Of a DNA stretch of 64,000 nucleotides, positions 1-9,789 are shown piece by piece; positions within the stretch are counted from its first letter, which is position 1; every line of letters begins with the position of its first letter. The notes under the pieces are model-generated. The model saw only the letters and a list, made by a program, of their open reading frames with translations. It made no database searches and was not told the origin of the DNA. The position numbers were made by a program, and so were the translations under genes. The stretch is from Candidatus Limnocylindrales bacterium. Lineage in GTDB: Bacteria > Moduliflexota > Moduliflexia > Moduliflexales > JAUQPW01. The DNA lies in assembly GCA_035559535.1 (NCBI GenBank), contig DATMBG010000029.1, positions 1-64,000 of the forward strand, read 5' to 3'.

Positions 1-45
1 ATCTACCCGACAGAACAATTCGGTGATAAACTCTATGGTAGTCAT
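1..45 (-). mobile_element. N-terminus of a probable IS982-like/DDE transposase (runs off the window edge)
   Basis: Minus strand reads MTTIEFITELFCRVD with GGAGG SD; resembles the 'itxLFcxvDD' start of IS982-type transposases; only 15 codons visible. Confidence 0.5.
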
Positions 46-159
46 GCAGGTTACCTCCAAATGAGTGAAAAAGAGTTTTTGTTGATAATATTGGAGAACC
101 TGCATGGCTCTTTCAATTTAAAAAACTAGCACCAATAGTTAATAAGTACCTTTGACCTC

Positions 160-1599
160 CTAGACCGTCTCGACCTTCGGAATATAAAAAGGCGGTATAG
201 GCTGATAGGTAATACTGCAATCTTTTCCCAGTGTATTTTCCGCTTCCTGGATGGCCTCTTCTATGGAGGTAATGGGCTCAAATCCCAATCGTTGTGCAGC
301 TTCGGAATCTGTAGCTCCGGCTAAAAAAACCCGACTTACATACCGAAGCGCGAAAGCTCCCTGCCCCCATAAAATCAAAGGATGCGCCCCATGATAGGCA
401 TAGGCATAGCGATATTTATGGGTAAACTCCGGGCGGTGCGCGTAATCTTCCGAGTAAATATCCCAAACTTCATAAGGATCTTGCAGGTGAGGAAGAACCT
501 CTTCAAATAACTCCTTGTAGGAAGGTTGATGGAGGGGATGAAAAACCCAGGGACACGGATGTGCCAGAATCAAGATACCTCCTTCTCGAACGATCGGTTT
601 ATTATGATAAAGCCCAAAGCTATAAGATAAACCTAAATTTCTGACTAAAATGGGGTTAATGGTCGAAAGTTTGGAGTAGTGATCCATCTGATTAGAGAGA
701 CCGTAAACTACAACATCGCTTTGGCCTTGAACCGATATAACCTGCTGTTTATCCACTATTTTTAGGGTCTCCTCATGGGTTTTCACAGGATGGCCGGCAA
801 ACACGGCTATCAATTCCGAGGGCCTGGCAGTATTAAGTACAGACTCTAGAGTCAGAATCCGTCTTCCTCTTCTGTCCAGCTCCGCATCTACCAGTTTTCC
901 CATCTCCCCTAAAAGCTTCTGGAAAGAAGAACGTTTATGATCCATTACCGACTTACCTGAGGCTCCGGGAAAAGGACGGTGATGGTGGCGAATACTTCGA
1001 AAGGAGCTCAGACCCACTACAATAGATTTCCAGCCTCCATTCATAGCCGAATTGGTTATATTTACATAAATAAAAAGATCAGATTCGATGACGGCTCGAT
1101 TCACTTCCACCTCAAAACCTCGATCGGTTTCACCTAAATAGAGTAAACTTCCCGGATCTTCTGCATCGTGACAGTATAAATGGCTGGGTCCAAAGGCCTG
1201 AACAATCTTAGTTCCCAGAATTGTAGCCAATTCCTTCCGTGTCCATTTTCGATGAAGAGCATTGGCACAAATAAGCCGAATATTGTGTTTAGAAACACCT
1301 AATTTCTCCAACTCTTCCAGTAGAATCGTGATGGCCATTTCACGGAAATCAGGGGGCTTCATGGGAATCATGGGCATACAGGGGTCATCAAAGGCGATGG
1401 TAACCTTAGATCGAGGCCCTACACTCTTGGATAGAGGTTCATGATCGATGGGGGAGGCCAGAGCCTCTCGGATAGCCTGCTCGGGATTCTCCAACGGCGG
1501 CAATGGTTCCGGAGGTTGTAAAATTCGGGTACGTTCTGGAAATTCGGCCTCTATCGTGGTATCTCCAAAGGAGACTTCTTTAAGAATTGTACGGGGCAT
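160..1599 (-). CDS. LarA-like lactate racemase domain (DUF2088) protein
   Basis: 479 aa; PI..EPL, VTIAFDD, NALHRK, HDAED, GGWKS motifs of the LarA N-domain family. Confidence 0.75.
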   Translation of the reverse strand: MPRTILKEVSFGDTTIEAEFPERTRILQPPEPLPPLENPEQAIREALASPIDHEPLSKSVGPRSKVTIAFDDPCMPMIPMKPPDFREMAITILLEELEKLGVSKHNIRLICANALHRKWTRKELATILGTKIVQAFGPSHLYCHDAEDPGSLLYLGETDRGFEVEVNRAVIESDLFIYVNITNSAMNGGWKSIVVGLSSFRSIRHHHRPFPGASGKSVMDHKRSSFQKLLGEMGKLVDAELDRRGRRILTLESVLNTARPSELIAVFAGHPVKTHEETLKIVDKQQVISVQGQSDVVVYGLSNQMDHYSKLSTINPILVRNLGLSYSFGLYHNKPIVREGGILILAHPCPWVFHPLHQPSYKELFEEVLPHLQDPYEVWDIYSEDYAHRPEFTHKYRYAYAYHGAHPLILWGQGAFALRYVSRVFLAGATDSEAAQRLGFEPITSIEEAIQEAENTLGKDCSITYQPIPPFYIPKVETV

Positions 1600-1964
1600 A
1601 AAAAACTCCTTTAGTAATTAAATTTGATCTCAAGAAAATTAAGATAGGCTTCCCATGATAAGTAGAGAAACTTTATCCTTTTGTCAAGGATATTAAAAGT
1701 GCTCTGTTATTTTAAAATCACTTTCCTCCCCAGATCTCTGTCGAAGAATTTTACAACAGTTCTTTTTTTAAATACTTTTTTAAGTCATGGTTTTTTTAGT
1801 GTTTCTCAATCCAACCTATGGGTCCAAGACCGGAATCACTTTCCTATCGTCAAAATTTTTTACGAAATAACTGCCACCCCCCCCTTCATCTTCAGTAACC
1901 CTTTAAAGTGTTAAAACCGGTTTCCTACAGATAAGACGGGGTACCAGGAGGTAAATATCTTCCC

Positions 1965-1980
1965 TGGTATCTTTTTTGCT
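1965..1980 (+). promoter_or_regulatory. sigma-54 -24/-12 promoter of PEP-CTERM gene
   Basis: TGGTATCTTTTTTGCT, exact GG-N10-GC; candidate enhancer boxes TGT-N11-ACA (1739-1755) and CGT-N11-ACG (1848-1864) upstream. Confidence 0.7.
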
Positions 1981-2083
1981 GGATGTGAGAGATATCATGT
2001 GGGAATGGACTCTGTGAGGAGCAGTTCTTAATAGTTACATAACCGGCAGATAGCAGAAACACTCATGGGAAGGAGGAAGTACG

Positions 2084-2953
2084 ATGAGAAAAGTAAATCT
2101 TAAAAAGATTGGGATTCTTGCATTATTATGGACGATTTATCTCGGTTTATTTATCGAAAATAGTTGGGCATTAAGTTGGACTTATAGTTATGATCCTTAT
2201 AACGATGCAACGGGAGGAAATACCTGGGAAGTGTACCGGATAGGATATGCCTTTGATGACCAATGGTTGTATTTCAATATGTGGACTGGTTATCCAACCC
2301 CTGCAGGTTACCCAAATTCGCAGCCAACGCCAACGGGTCTTGTAACCTACGGGAATACCACCCTGGAACCCGGTGATTTGTATATTAACGTTAATGGGCA
2401 GCATAATACCTCTACGGGAACGGTATATGGACTGGGGCTCACCAATCATAGTGGGGATATGACCAATGACCCAAACGATGATATTTATCTCTGGTTACCT
2501 GTTCAACAAGGTCATCTATATAGTAATGCAATTTTTGCCACCGGAACTTATGAAGCTTATCCAAATGCAGGTATCACCGGTACGCCGTACGATGGAGGGC
2601 TTGATCCTTTTGGGCATGGGAACAATTATCCTACTTTTATTGCTGGCTATGGAACCGACCTTGGCTCACAGACCCAGAATGGAGTCACCTGGATTCCCTT
2701 GGGTACTCGAGATGTAGATTCTTCGGTCAATACAGTTAATAGAACGGTATATGAAGTTAATACCGCTATTAGTTTGGCCAGTTTGGGATTACAAGGCGGT
2801 GGATCATTTGAATTCTGGTGGGCACCGGAATGTGGAAATGATGCAGCCCTGATAGCAGGCCAAATCCCAACCCCCGAACCAGCCACCCTGGGCTTATTGA
2901 CGATCGGCCTTATCGGACTTGGAAGATATGCCGTCCGTCATAAACAGGCCTGA
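2084..2953 (+). CDS. PEP-CTERM (exosortase-target) surface protein
   Basis: Signal peptide; C-terminal TPEP + hydrophobic helix + basic tail (PEPATLGLLTIGLIGLGRYAVRHK); AGGAGG SD. Confidence 0.9.
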   Translation: MRKVNLKKIGILALLWTIYLGLFIENSWALSWTYSYDPYNDATGGNTWEVYRIGYAFDDQWLYFNMWTGYPTPAGYPNSQPTPTGLVTYGNTTLEPGDLYINVNGQHNTSTGTVYGLGLTNHSGDMTNDPNDDIYLWLPVQQGHLYSNAIFATGTYEAYPNAGITGTPYDGGLDPFGHGNNYPTFIAGYGTDLGSQTQNGVTWIPLGTRDVDSSVNTVNRTVYEVNTAISLASLGLQGGGSFEFWWAPECGNDAALIAGQIPTPEPATLGLLTIGLIGLGRYAVRHKQA

Positions 2954-3153
2954 TAACTCTTTACCTTCTCCCTTCCTGGGGAGCAGATAAGAAAAGTCTG
3001 CTCCCCATTTTATTTGGATCCCCTGGTAAAAGATAGAAAGTTCAAGATTTTCTCCCTTGACAAACTTTGAAAAGCCCATTACTGATGAACATACAGGCAA
3101 AAAAACCATGGAGTAGGAAAGATAAAACTTAGTATCTCGGGAGGTAACACGTT

Positions 3154-3660
3154 ATGGATCTTCGCTCTCTTCAAAAACCGCTTAAGGAAAAATATCGCAA
3201 TGACCCTACTGCCTCGCGAATAACCCTTCGGGCTCAGGGCAGCCAGACCATCACCCCTATTACTTGCTCGGTAGATATCGGAAGAGCTATTTATCAAGCT
3301 GAGGCCCACAGCGGAGTTGGAGGCCCCGGTACGGGAGCTTGTTCTGGAGACCTCCTGCTGGGAGCGTTGGCAGCCTGCGCACAGATTACCTGTCAGATGG
3401 TTGCTACAGCCATGAGAATACCAACCCGGTGTATCCAGGTTACCGTAGAAGGAGACCTGGATCTTCGGGGTACCTTGGGCATCGCACAGGATGTTCCTGT
3501 GGGCTTTGAAAGTATTCGGGTTCGGTTTGATATCGATGCGCCGGAAGCAACGCCAGAGCAACTGAGTAAGTTGCAAGAGAAAACAGAACAATACTGCGTG
3601 GTTATGCAAACTTTAACCCGGCCACCAAAGATACAAACGGATTGGATCCCATTGAGATAA
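3154..3660 (+). CDS. OsmC-family protein
   Basis: ACSGDLLLGALAAC, GDLDLRG, TEQYCVV motifs. Confidence 0.85.
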   Translation: MDLRSLQKPLKEKYRNDPTASRITLRAQGSQTITPITCSVDIGRAIYQAEAHSGVGGPGTGACSGDLLLGALAACAQITCQMVATAMRIPTRCIQVTVEGDLDLRGTLGIAQDVPVGFESIRVRFDIDAPEATPEQLSKLQEKTEQYCVVMQTLTRPPKIQTDWIPLR

Positions 3661-3700
3661 GCTTTTTCTGTCCCTATTTTAGTAGAAAAGGAGTCTTACT

Positions 3701-4624
3701 ATGGAAATCAAACCGATCAAAAATGTTTGCATCATAGGCGCGGGATTCATGGGAACACAAATCGGACTTCAATGTGCCATCTACGGTTATCCTGTCTGGT
3801 TTGTAGACACTTCTCAGGCAGCCCTTGAACAAGCTTCCCGAAACCATATCCAGGAACTGGAAAACCGGATTGAAAATCAACAGCTTACCCCGGATGAAAA
3901 AATGACCATCCTTCGTCGAATCCATTTTACAACCCATATCCAGGAAGGGACTTCCGATGCAGATTTGGTTATCGAAGCAGTCCCAGAACGTTTAGAGATC
4001 AAACGGGAAGTATTCAGGCAGCTAGATGAGATCTGCCCCAGCCATACTATTTTAGCAACGAACAGTTCATCTATCCGTATCTCTCTTATCGAAGAGGTTA
4101 CCCATCGGCAAGATCGCGTACTCAATGCCCATTTCTACCCCCCGGTATGGCAACGTTCAATGGTAGAATTGATGCGGGGTACCTCTACCTCCGATGAGAC
4201 CATCGAACGGGTACGCCGGTTTGCCTATACTATTCACGTAACGCCCCTTTTGGTCCTCAAAGAGAGTACCGGCTTTCTTTTCAATCGGGTCTGGCGTGCC
4301 ATTAAAAAAGAAGTTCTGCACCTGGTTGATGAAGGAGTTGCCTCCTATGAAGATGTCGATCGTGCCTGGAGAATCTTTTGGGGAACCCCGCTGGGTCCCT
4401 TTGGGATGATGGATATTGTGGGACTTGATGTGGTTCGAGATATCGAAAACATTTACTACAAAGAATCCGGTGATCCTTCCGATGCCCCTCCTAAACTCCT
4501 GTTGGACAAAATCGAAAAAGGTGAGTTAGGCGTTAAAACGGGGCGGGGTTTCTATACGTATCCCAACCCGGCCTACCAGGACCCCGCCTGGTTGAAAAAC
4601 CCGAAAAAACAGCCTGATATCTGA
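3701..4624 (+). CDS. 3-hydroxyacyl-CoA dehydrogenase family protein
   Basis: GAGFMG Rossmann, EAVPE, ATNSSS, HF..P, GELGVKTGRGFY. Confidence 0.9.
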   Translation: MEIKPIKNVCIIGAGFMGTQIGLQCAIYGYPVWFVDTSQAALEQASRNHIQELENRIENQQLTPDEKMTILRRIHFTTHIQEGTSDADLVIEAVPERLEIKREVFRQLDEICPSHTILATNSSSIRISLIEEVTHRQDRVLNAHFYPPVWQRSMVELMRGTSTSDETIERVRRFAYTIHVTPLLVLKESTGFLFNRVWRAIKKEVLHLVDEGVASYEDVDRAWRIFWGTPLGPFGMMDIVGLDVVRDIENIYYKESGDPSDAPPKLLLDKIEKGELGVKTGRGFYTYPNPAYQDPAWLKNPKKQPDI

Positions 4625-4895
4625 CCTTTCCTTTTACATAAATATCTGAAGACCGGAGCGTGAGTATCCCCGTCATACCTGCAAGCCAGACGCTTGTGTT
4701 CCGGGAATGCAGACTTGCTTCAGGTTATTACCCATTTGAAATTAGCCCTAAGCTAGGCCCCCCTCGTGCTGAGTCCTTCCCTCAAGCTAAACCCCGTTAT
4801 GAAGCAATCTGTGCTGGAAGGAATTACCTTGTTTCCCTTGCAATAATATATTTGTTGTAATCCATCTACCCTAAAAAAGAGGTTGTAGAATAAAC

Positions 4896-4917
4896 AGGCG
4901 ACCTCCGGGTCGCCTTT
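4896..4917 (+). terminator. GC-rich hairpin, possible intrinsic terminator
   Basis: AGGCGACC-TCCG-GGTCGCCT followed by a short T run. Confidence 0.35.
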
Positions 4918-5194
4918 AAACTTTTTAAGAATGGCTTTTTTACGACATCCTGCTTAAGGGAAAGGCAGATGGAAAGGAAAGTTGAACAAAAATTAAACAA
5001 TCCTAAAAGGACTTTAATGAGATAGGAGGGCAAAAAAGGCCGTTCTGATCGGGCTGATCCCGGAGTTCTCTCTTAAGCGGAAGGTGGTACGGTCTTTGCT
5101 CTCTGAACCTCTACGAGTTCAAAAAATACCCTAGATCAGCATGCGGTGTGAAAAGGATGACAACATTTCTCCCTCAGGAGCGCGGGTATCTTGC

Positions 5195-5400
5195 CCCCTC
5201 ACCTTCTCATTTCCTCTCTCCTGAAGCCTCAGAAGAGGAGAGAGCAGGGGCTTCCTGGGGTATACTATAAGTTAACATATAAGCTTATCTAACCCCCTCC
5301 AACTCCTCTTCCCTATGAGGGAAGGGGAGAGTGGGGGCCTAGACAATCCTCGAGTTCTCCCTTCCCGACATGGGAAAAGGGTTAGGGAATTAGATGAGAG
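5195..5400. repeat. cluster of CCCTCTCC..GGAGAGGG-type palindromic repeats
   Basis: ctctcctgaagcctcagaagagg matches copies near 13881 and 53468. Confidence 0.65.
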
Positions 5401-5667
5401 AAAACCCGCCTCAGAAGGGGAGAGTAGGGATAGGAGTGAGACTCCGTTATACTCCCTGGAGTTGACTTTTAACAGGGTAGCCTCATAGGGGAGATTTACC
5501 GATCCGGTTATCCTTCAACAGGGAAATGGCATCGGGTATTAAGTTTTAGGAATCCTGACATATTCTAGATATGGGGCAGGGTCTTATCGTATTTCGATGG
5601 GCGAGTCGGATGTATAACAACCCTTGCAACAAAGAAGGCAGCATAGAAAATGAAAGGAGCCGTATCC

Positions 5668-6648
5668 ATGAGAATTGGGAAGAAGCAGTATGGAATCTTG
5701 GTGGTTTTACTTCTCTTAATTCCTTTTCCGGCTCTGGCCGGTCCCCCTTTGAAAATCGGGGTAAGCGACTGGCCGGGCTGGGTTGCCTGGTATGTAGCTC
5801 AGGAAAAGGGATTCTTTAAAAAATATGGAGTGGACGTCGAGTTGGTCTGGTTTCCTGTCTACAGCGACTCCATCTCTGCACTTTCAGCAGCCAAGTTAGA
5901 CGCTAATTCCCAAACATGGAACGATACCATGGCTCCTATTGCCCAGGGGGTTGACCTTAAGATCATTCTGGTTAATGATAATTCGGCCGGAAATGATGCT
6001 GTTGTGGCCAGGCCCACGATTGGAAGTTTGAAGGAGTTAAAGGGAAAGACCGTTGCACTGGAGCAGTTTACCGTGAGCCATTTGTTACTGTTATATGCGC
6101 TCTCTCAAAATGGGATAAACCCCAACGGGGTTCATCTGGTGAATATGACGGTGGGAGATGCGGCTGCAGCCTTCCTGGCCGGGAAGGTAGATGCGGCAAC
6201 CCTTTGGAATCCCTGGATTATTAAGGTTCAACAGTCAGGAAAGGGGAAAGTTCTATTTACTTCCCAGGAGGCTCCGGGTCTGATTCCCGATTGTCTGGTC
6301 GTGCGAACTTCTGTGTTGAAGGAACGGCGGGAAGATTTCATCAAAGTCGTTCGAGCCTGGGGGGATACAGTGGATTTTATTAACCAGGATCCTGCCAAAG
6401 CATCAGAGATCATGGCCCCAAAGGTGGATATGAAGCCAGGGGATTATACCCCCTTTCTTAAAGGAACTCGATTCTTCAATCTTCAGGACAACTTGGAGGC
6501 CTTCACGGTTTCCTCTTCCATGAAGTCGCTTTATACGAGTGGGGCGTTCATTCAGGATTTCCTTTTAAAGCATAAACTTCTACCCAAGCCCTTTGAAATC
6601 CAACAGGCCCTGGATGACTCCCTTATAAAGGAGGTTACCCAAAAGTGA
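5668..6648 (+). CDS. NitT/TauT-type ABC substrate-binding protein (probable guanidine binding)
   Basis: Signal peptide, SDWPGW, NDNSAGND, WNPW; ATG 5668 with AAGGAG SD; operon with GdmH-like hydrolase. Confidence 0.85.
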   Translation: MRIGKKQYGILVVLLLLIPFPALAGPPLKIGVSDWPGWVAWYVAQEKGFFKKYGVDVELVWFPVYSDSISALSAAKLDANSQTWNDTMAPIAQGVDLKIILVNDNSAGNDAVVARPTIGSLKELKGKTVALEQFTVSHLLLLYALSQNGINPNGVHLVNMTVGDAAAAFLAGKVDAATLWNPWIIKVQQSGKGKVLFTSQEAPGLIPDCLVVRTSVLKERREDFIKVVRAWGDTVDFINQDPAKASEIMAPKVDMKPGDYTPFLKGTRFFNLQDNLEAFTVSSSMKSLYTSGAFIQDFLLKHKLLPKPFEIQQALDDSLIKEVTQK

Positions 6649-7442
6649 GGATATCCTTAGCTTTCCGAGAGGAGCTTCCCCAGAGGTCTTTTACCGTTAT
6701 TGCAGGGAGTGTTTTTTTCCTTCTCTTTGCTTTGTGGTGTGGACTTTCCTATGGAAAATGGGTTTCAGAAGTCTTTCTCCCGACCCCCACAGCAGTACTT
6801 CGAGCCCTCATCGAGCTTGCTCGCGAGCAGGTCCTTCTTCAAGACATAGGGATCAGTAATTTCCGCATTCTGGTTGGATTTCTACTCGCCGTCGTTATTT
6901 CCATTCCTTTGGGAATGTTGGTAGGGAATCTGAAGGTCTTTGAAGCGGCCCTGGAGCCTTTGATCGGCTTTATCAGGTATATGCCGGTTCCGGCTTTCAT
7001 CCCTTTGATCATGCTCTACGTGGGGATTGGAGAAGAGGCCAAGGTTCTGGTGATCTTCATCGGGGTTGTGGTCCAGATGATCATCATGGTGGCGGATGTG
7101 ACCAAACAGGTCTCTGCAGATCTCCTCAAAGCAGCTCTCAGCCTGGGAGCGAAACCGGATGAAATTTTTATGAAGGTAATCTGGAAGGCCTCACTTCCTG
7201 GAATATTCGATGTCTTGCGGGTGAACCTGGGTTGGGCCTGGACCTATCTGGTGGTTGCAGAGCTGGTGGCGGCCAATGAGGGTTTAGGATTCAGGATCCT
7301 CAAAGCCCAGCGGTTTTTAAAGACGGATATTATCTTTCTGTACATTTTCGTTATTGGTCTATTAGGCGTTATCTTTGATATTCTCTTTAAAATGCTCCAC
7401 AAAAGGCTCTTTCCTTGGGCCCAGGAAAGGCTAAGAGGATAA
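6645..7442 (+). CDS. NitT/TauT-type ABC permease
   Basis: FLPTP, RYMPVPAFIPL, WTYLVVAELV, EGLG; multiple TM helices. Confidence 0.9.
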   Translation: MRISLAFREELPQRSFTVIAGSVFFLLFALWCGLSYGKWVSEVFLPTPTAVLRALIELAREQVLLQDIGISNFRILVGFLLAVVISIPLGMLVGNLKVFEAALEPLIGFIRYMPVPAFIPLIMLYVGIGEEAKVLVIFIGVVVQMIIMVADVTKQVSADLLKAALSLGAKPDEIFMKVIWKASLPGIFDVLRVNLGWAWTYLVVAELVAANEGLGFRILKAQRFLKTDIIFLYIFVIGLLGVIFDILFKMLHKRLFPWAQERLRG

Positions 7443-8266
7443 TGGGAGAAGAAATTCTTAAAATTGACAAGGTTACCAAGGTCTTTCGCGCTCATGTGGG
7501 AGAAATCGTTGCGCTGGAGGAAGTAAGCTTTTCTGTCCTGGAAGGTGAGTTTGTTTGTCTGGTAGGACCCTCAGGGTGTGGAAAAAGCACACTGTTATCC
7601 ATTGTGGCAGGGTTAGAATTTCCTACCGGTGGGGAAATTCTCCTCGGCGGGCAACGGATCACAGGACCCGGCATAGACCGGGGGATGGTTTTCCAGAAGG
7701 ATTGCCTGTTTCCGTGGTTATCGGTTTCTGACAACGTTCGTTTTGGGTTGAACCTTCGGGCTAACCGGAACAGCTTATCTTTCTGTCGCATGCAAAGCCT
7801 GTTGGATCGTTGCGATTATTTGTTGGAGGTAGTCGGGTTGTCCCGATTTAAAGATGCTTATCCCAAAGAGCTATCGGGTGGAATGCGGCAGCGGGCAGCC
7901 CTTGCCCGGGCCCTGGCCAATCAACCTAAGGTACTTCTCATGGATGAACCTTTTGGAGCCCTCGACGCCCAGACCCGAGAGGAGATGCAGGAGCTCTTAC
8001 TAAAGGTCTGTGAACGACAGGGGACTACGGTCCTCTTCGTCACCCATGATGTTGAAGAAGCGGTATTTCTGGCCGATCGGGTTTTGGTCATGCAGGCCCA
8101 TCCGGGCAAGATCGTCGGGGAGATTCCCGTTCCCCTCCCCAGACCACGGAATCTGGAAATGACGTTGGAAGCTTCCTTTCATGCCATCCGGGGAGAAGTC
8201 CTCAGGCTCCTTTATCATCGCACCCGTAGAGTGTTATCGGAGGAGTTACTCTATAAAATTGCTTAA
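7442..8266 (+). CDS. NitT/TauT-type ABC ATPase
   Basis: GPSGCGKS, LSGGMRQR, LLMDEPFGALD, VTHD; ATG 7442 overlaps the permease stop. Confidence 0.92.
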   Translation: MGEEILKIDKVTKVFRAHVGEIVALEEVSFSVLEGEFVCLVGPSGCGKSTLLSIVAGLEFPTGGEILLGGQRITGPGIDRGMVFQKDCLFPWLSVSDNVRFGLNLRANRNSLSFCRMQSLLDRCDYLLEVVGLSRFKDAYPKELSGGMRQRAALARALANQPKVLLMDEPFGALDAQTREEMQELLLKVCERQGTTVLFVTHDVEEAVFLADRVLVMQAHPGKIVGEIPVPLPRPRNLEMTLEASFHAIRGEVLRLLYHRTRRVLSEELLYKIA

Positions 8267-8557
8267 TGTTACTTCTTCGGTGCCTTCTATAAGACGAACC
8301 TGGAAAATTTGCTGGAAGAACGGAGGATCACTCACCTGATTTTTACCGGGGTAACTACGGAAGTCTGTGTTCACTCCACGCTACGCGAGGCAGTGGATCG
8401 TAGATTTTATTGTCTTCTTTTGGAAGATTGTTGGGTAGCCTATGACATGGCGTTACACCAGGCTGCAGCACATCTGATAGAAAGCGAAGGGGGAATCTTT
8501 GGATGGGTCAGTACGGCCAGAGAATTCCTTAAAGCCATAACTTTGTTAGAAAAATAA
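8267..8557 (+). pseudogene. 5'-truncated isochorismatase-family cysteine hydrolase (biuret hydrolase-like)
   Basis: FGAFYKTNLENLL...TGVTTEVCVHSTLREA...GGIFGW is only the C-terminal half; homology begins right after the ATPase stop with no N-terminal catalytic Asp region. Confidence 0.7.
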
Positions 8558-8595
8558 GATTTTTGCATTTTCATTATCTCAGGAGGAGGACAAGC

Positions 8596-9726
8596 ATGAA
8601 AAATAACCGTTCCAATGAGAAGTCCCATTCAACCGGATTTCAGGGAAAGAAGGCCGCAGAGAAGGAAAAACAACTCTCAACAAGGCGATATCAGGAATGG
8701 ATTGATCAGGCTCTTGCCTTTGGACTTCCAGCAGCAGAGAGTGTTCAGGATAGAACCATATCCTGCTTTGCCAGAAGAGATCTTCCTCCCTTTGCAGGGA
8801 TTAATACCTTTCTTAAGGCCCCCTATCTGGAGGATGTCCGAAAAGTTTCAGGTCATGATGTCGGGATTATCGGGGTCCCTCTAGATACGGGAACGACCTA
8901 CCGAAGTGGAACCCGGTTTGGCCCTCAAGCCATCCGTCGCATCTCGGCACTCTATCTCACATACAGTTTTGAACTTGGCGTAGACCTTCGAGAACAACTC
9001 GACCTGGTGGATTTAGGTGACGTTTTTGTTATCCCCGGAAACCTGGAAAAAAGCTTTGATCAAATCACCAAGGCAGTTTCCTTTGTCTCCGGAAATGGGG
9101 TTTTCCCGGTTGTATTGGGAGGAGATCATTCCATCGGATTTGCTACAGTTCGAGGGATTGCCCAGCATGTGGAGGGTAATGTAGGAATCATCCATTTTGA
9201 CCGTCATATCGACACGGAAGAAAAGGACATGGATGAACGGATGCACACCTGTCCCTGGTTCCACGCTACCCAGCTCCCCAATGTCAAACCCCAAAATCTG
9301 GTCCAGATCGGAATCGGAGGCTGGCAGGTGAGGCGGGGAGGAATCCAGGTGGCCCGAGAGCGGGGTACTACCATCCTTACAGTCCAGGATGTAGAAGAGC
9401 TTGGGATTGAAAGGGCAGCCGAGATCGCCCTGGAGATAGCCTGGAAAGGCGCTAAGGCGGTTTATCTGAGCTTCGATATCGACTCCATTGATCCGGCCTA
9501 TGCTCCAGGAACCGGCTGGCCGGAGCCGGGCGGATTTACTCCCCGGGAAGCCTCAAAACTCTTAACCCTCATTGCCCAAGAGGGACTATGCGGTATGGAA
9601 GTCGTGGAGGTCTCTCCTCCTTATGATGTCTCCGATTTGACAGCCCTAATGGCCCTTCGGGTCATCTGTGATACCCTGGGAACCCTGGTTGATAAAGGTT
9701 ATCTCCCCAAAAGACGTGGAAGCTGA
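8596..9726 (+). CDS. gdmH: ureohydrolase, guanidine hydrolase (GdmH-like)
   Basis: GGDH, DRHID, ERMHTCPW, SFDID, PGTGWPEPGG; MHTCPW and GWPEPGG recalled as typical of Synechocystis Sll1077-type enzymes; AGGAGG SD. Confidence 0.8.
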   Translation: MKNNRSNEKSHSTGFQGKKAAEKEKQLSTRRYQEWIDQALAFGLPAAESVQDRTISCFARRDLPPFAGINTFLKAPYLEDVRKVSGHDVGIIGVPLDTGTTYRSGTRFGPQAIRRISALYLTYSFELGVDLREQLDLVDLGDVFVIPGNLEKSFDQITKAVSFVSGNGVFPVVLGGDHSIGFATVRGIAQHVEGNVGIIHFDRHIDTEEKDMDERMHTCPWFHATQLPNVKPQNLVQIGIGGWQVRRGGIQVARERGTTILTVQDVEELGIERAAEIALEIAWKGAKAVYLSFDIDSIDPAYAPGTGWPEPGGFTPREASKLLTLIAQEGLCGMEVVEVSPPYDVSDLTALMALRVICDTLGTLVDKGYLPKRRGS

Positions 9727-9789
9727 AAAGAAAAACGGGAGGAAGAAGAGAACGCATCGCTTTTTTTGAATCATCTCTCGGGCTTGCCT

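Noticed and set aside
4625-5667. Guanidine riboswitch upstream of the ABC operon
   Set aside because: No guanidine-I core (CUAGGGUUCCG...AAAAGCCCG) or twin ACGR hairpins seen by eye; needs an Infernal scan
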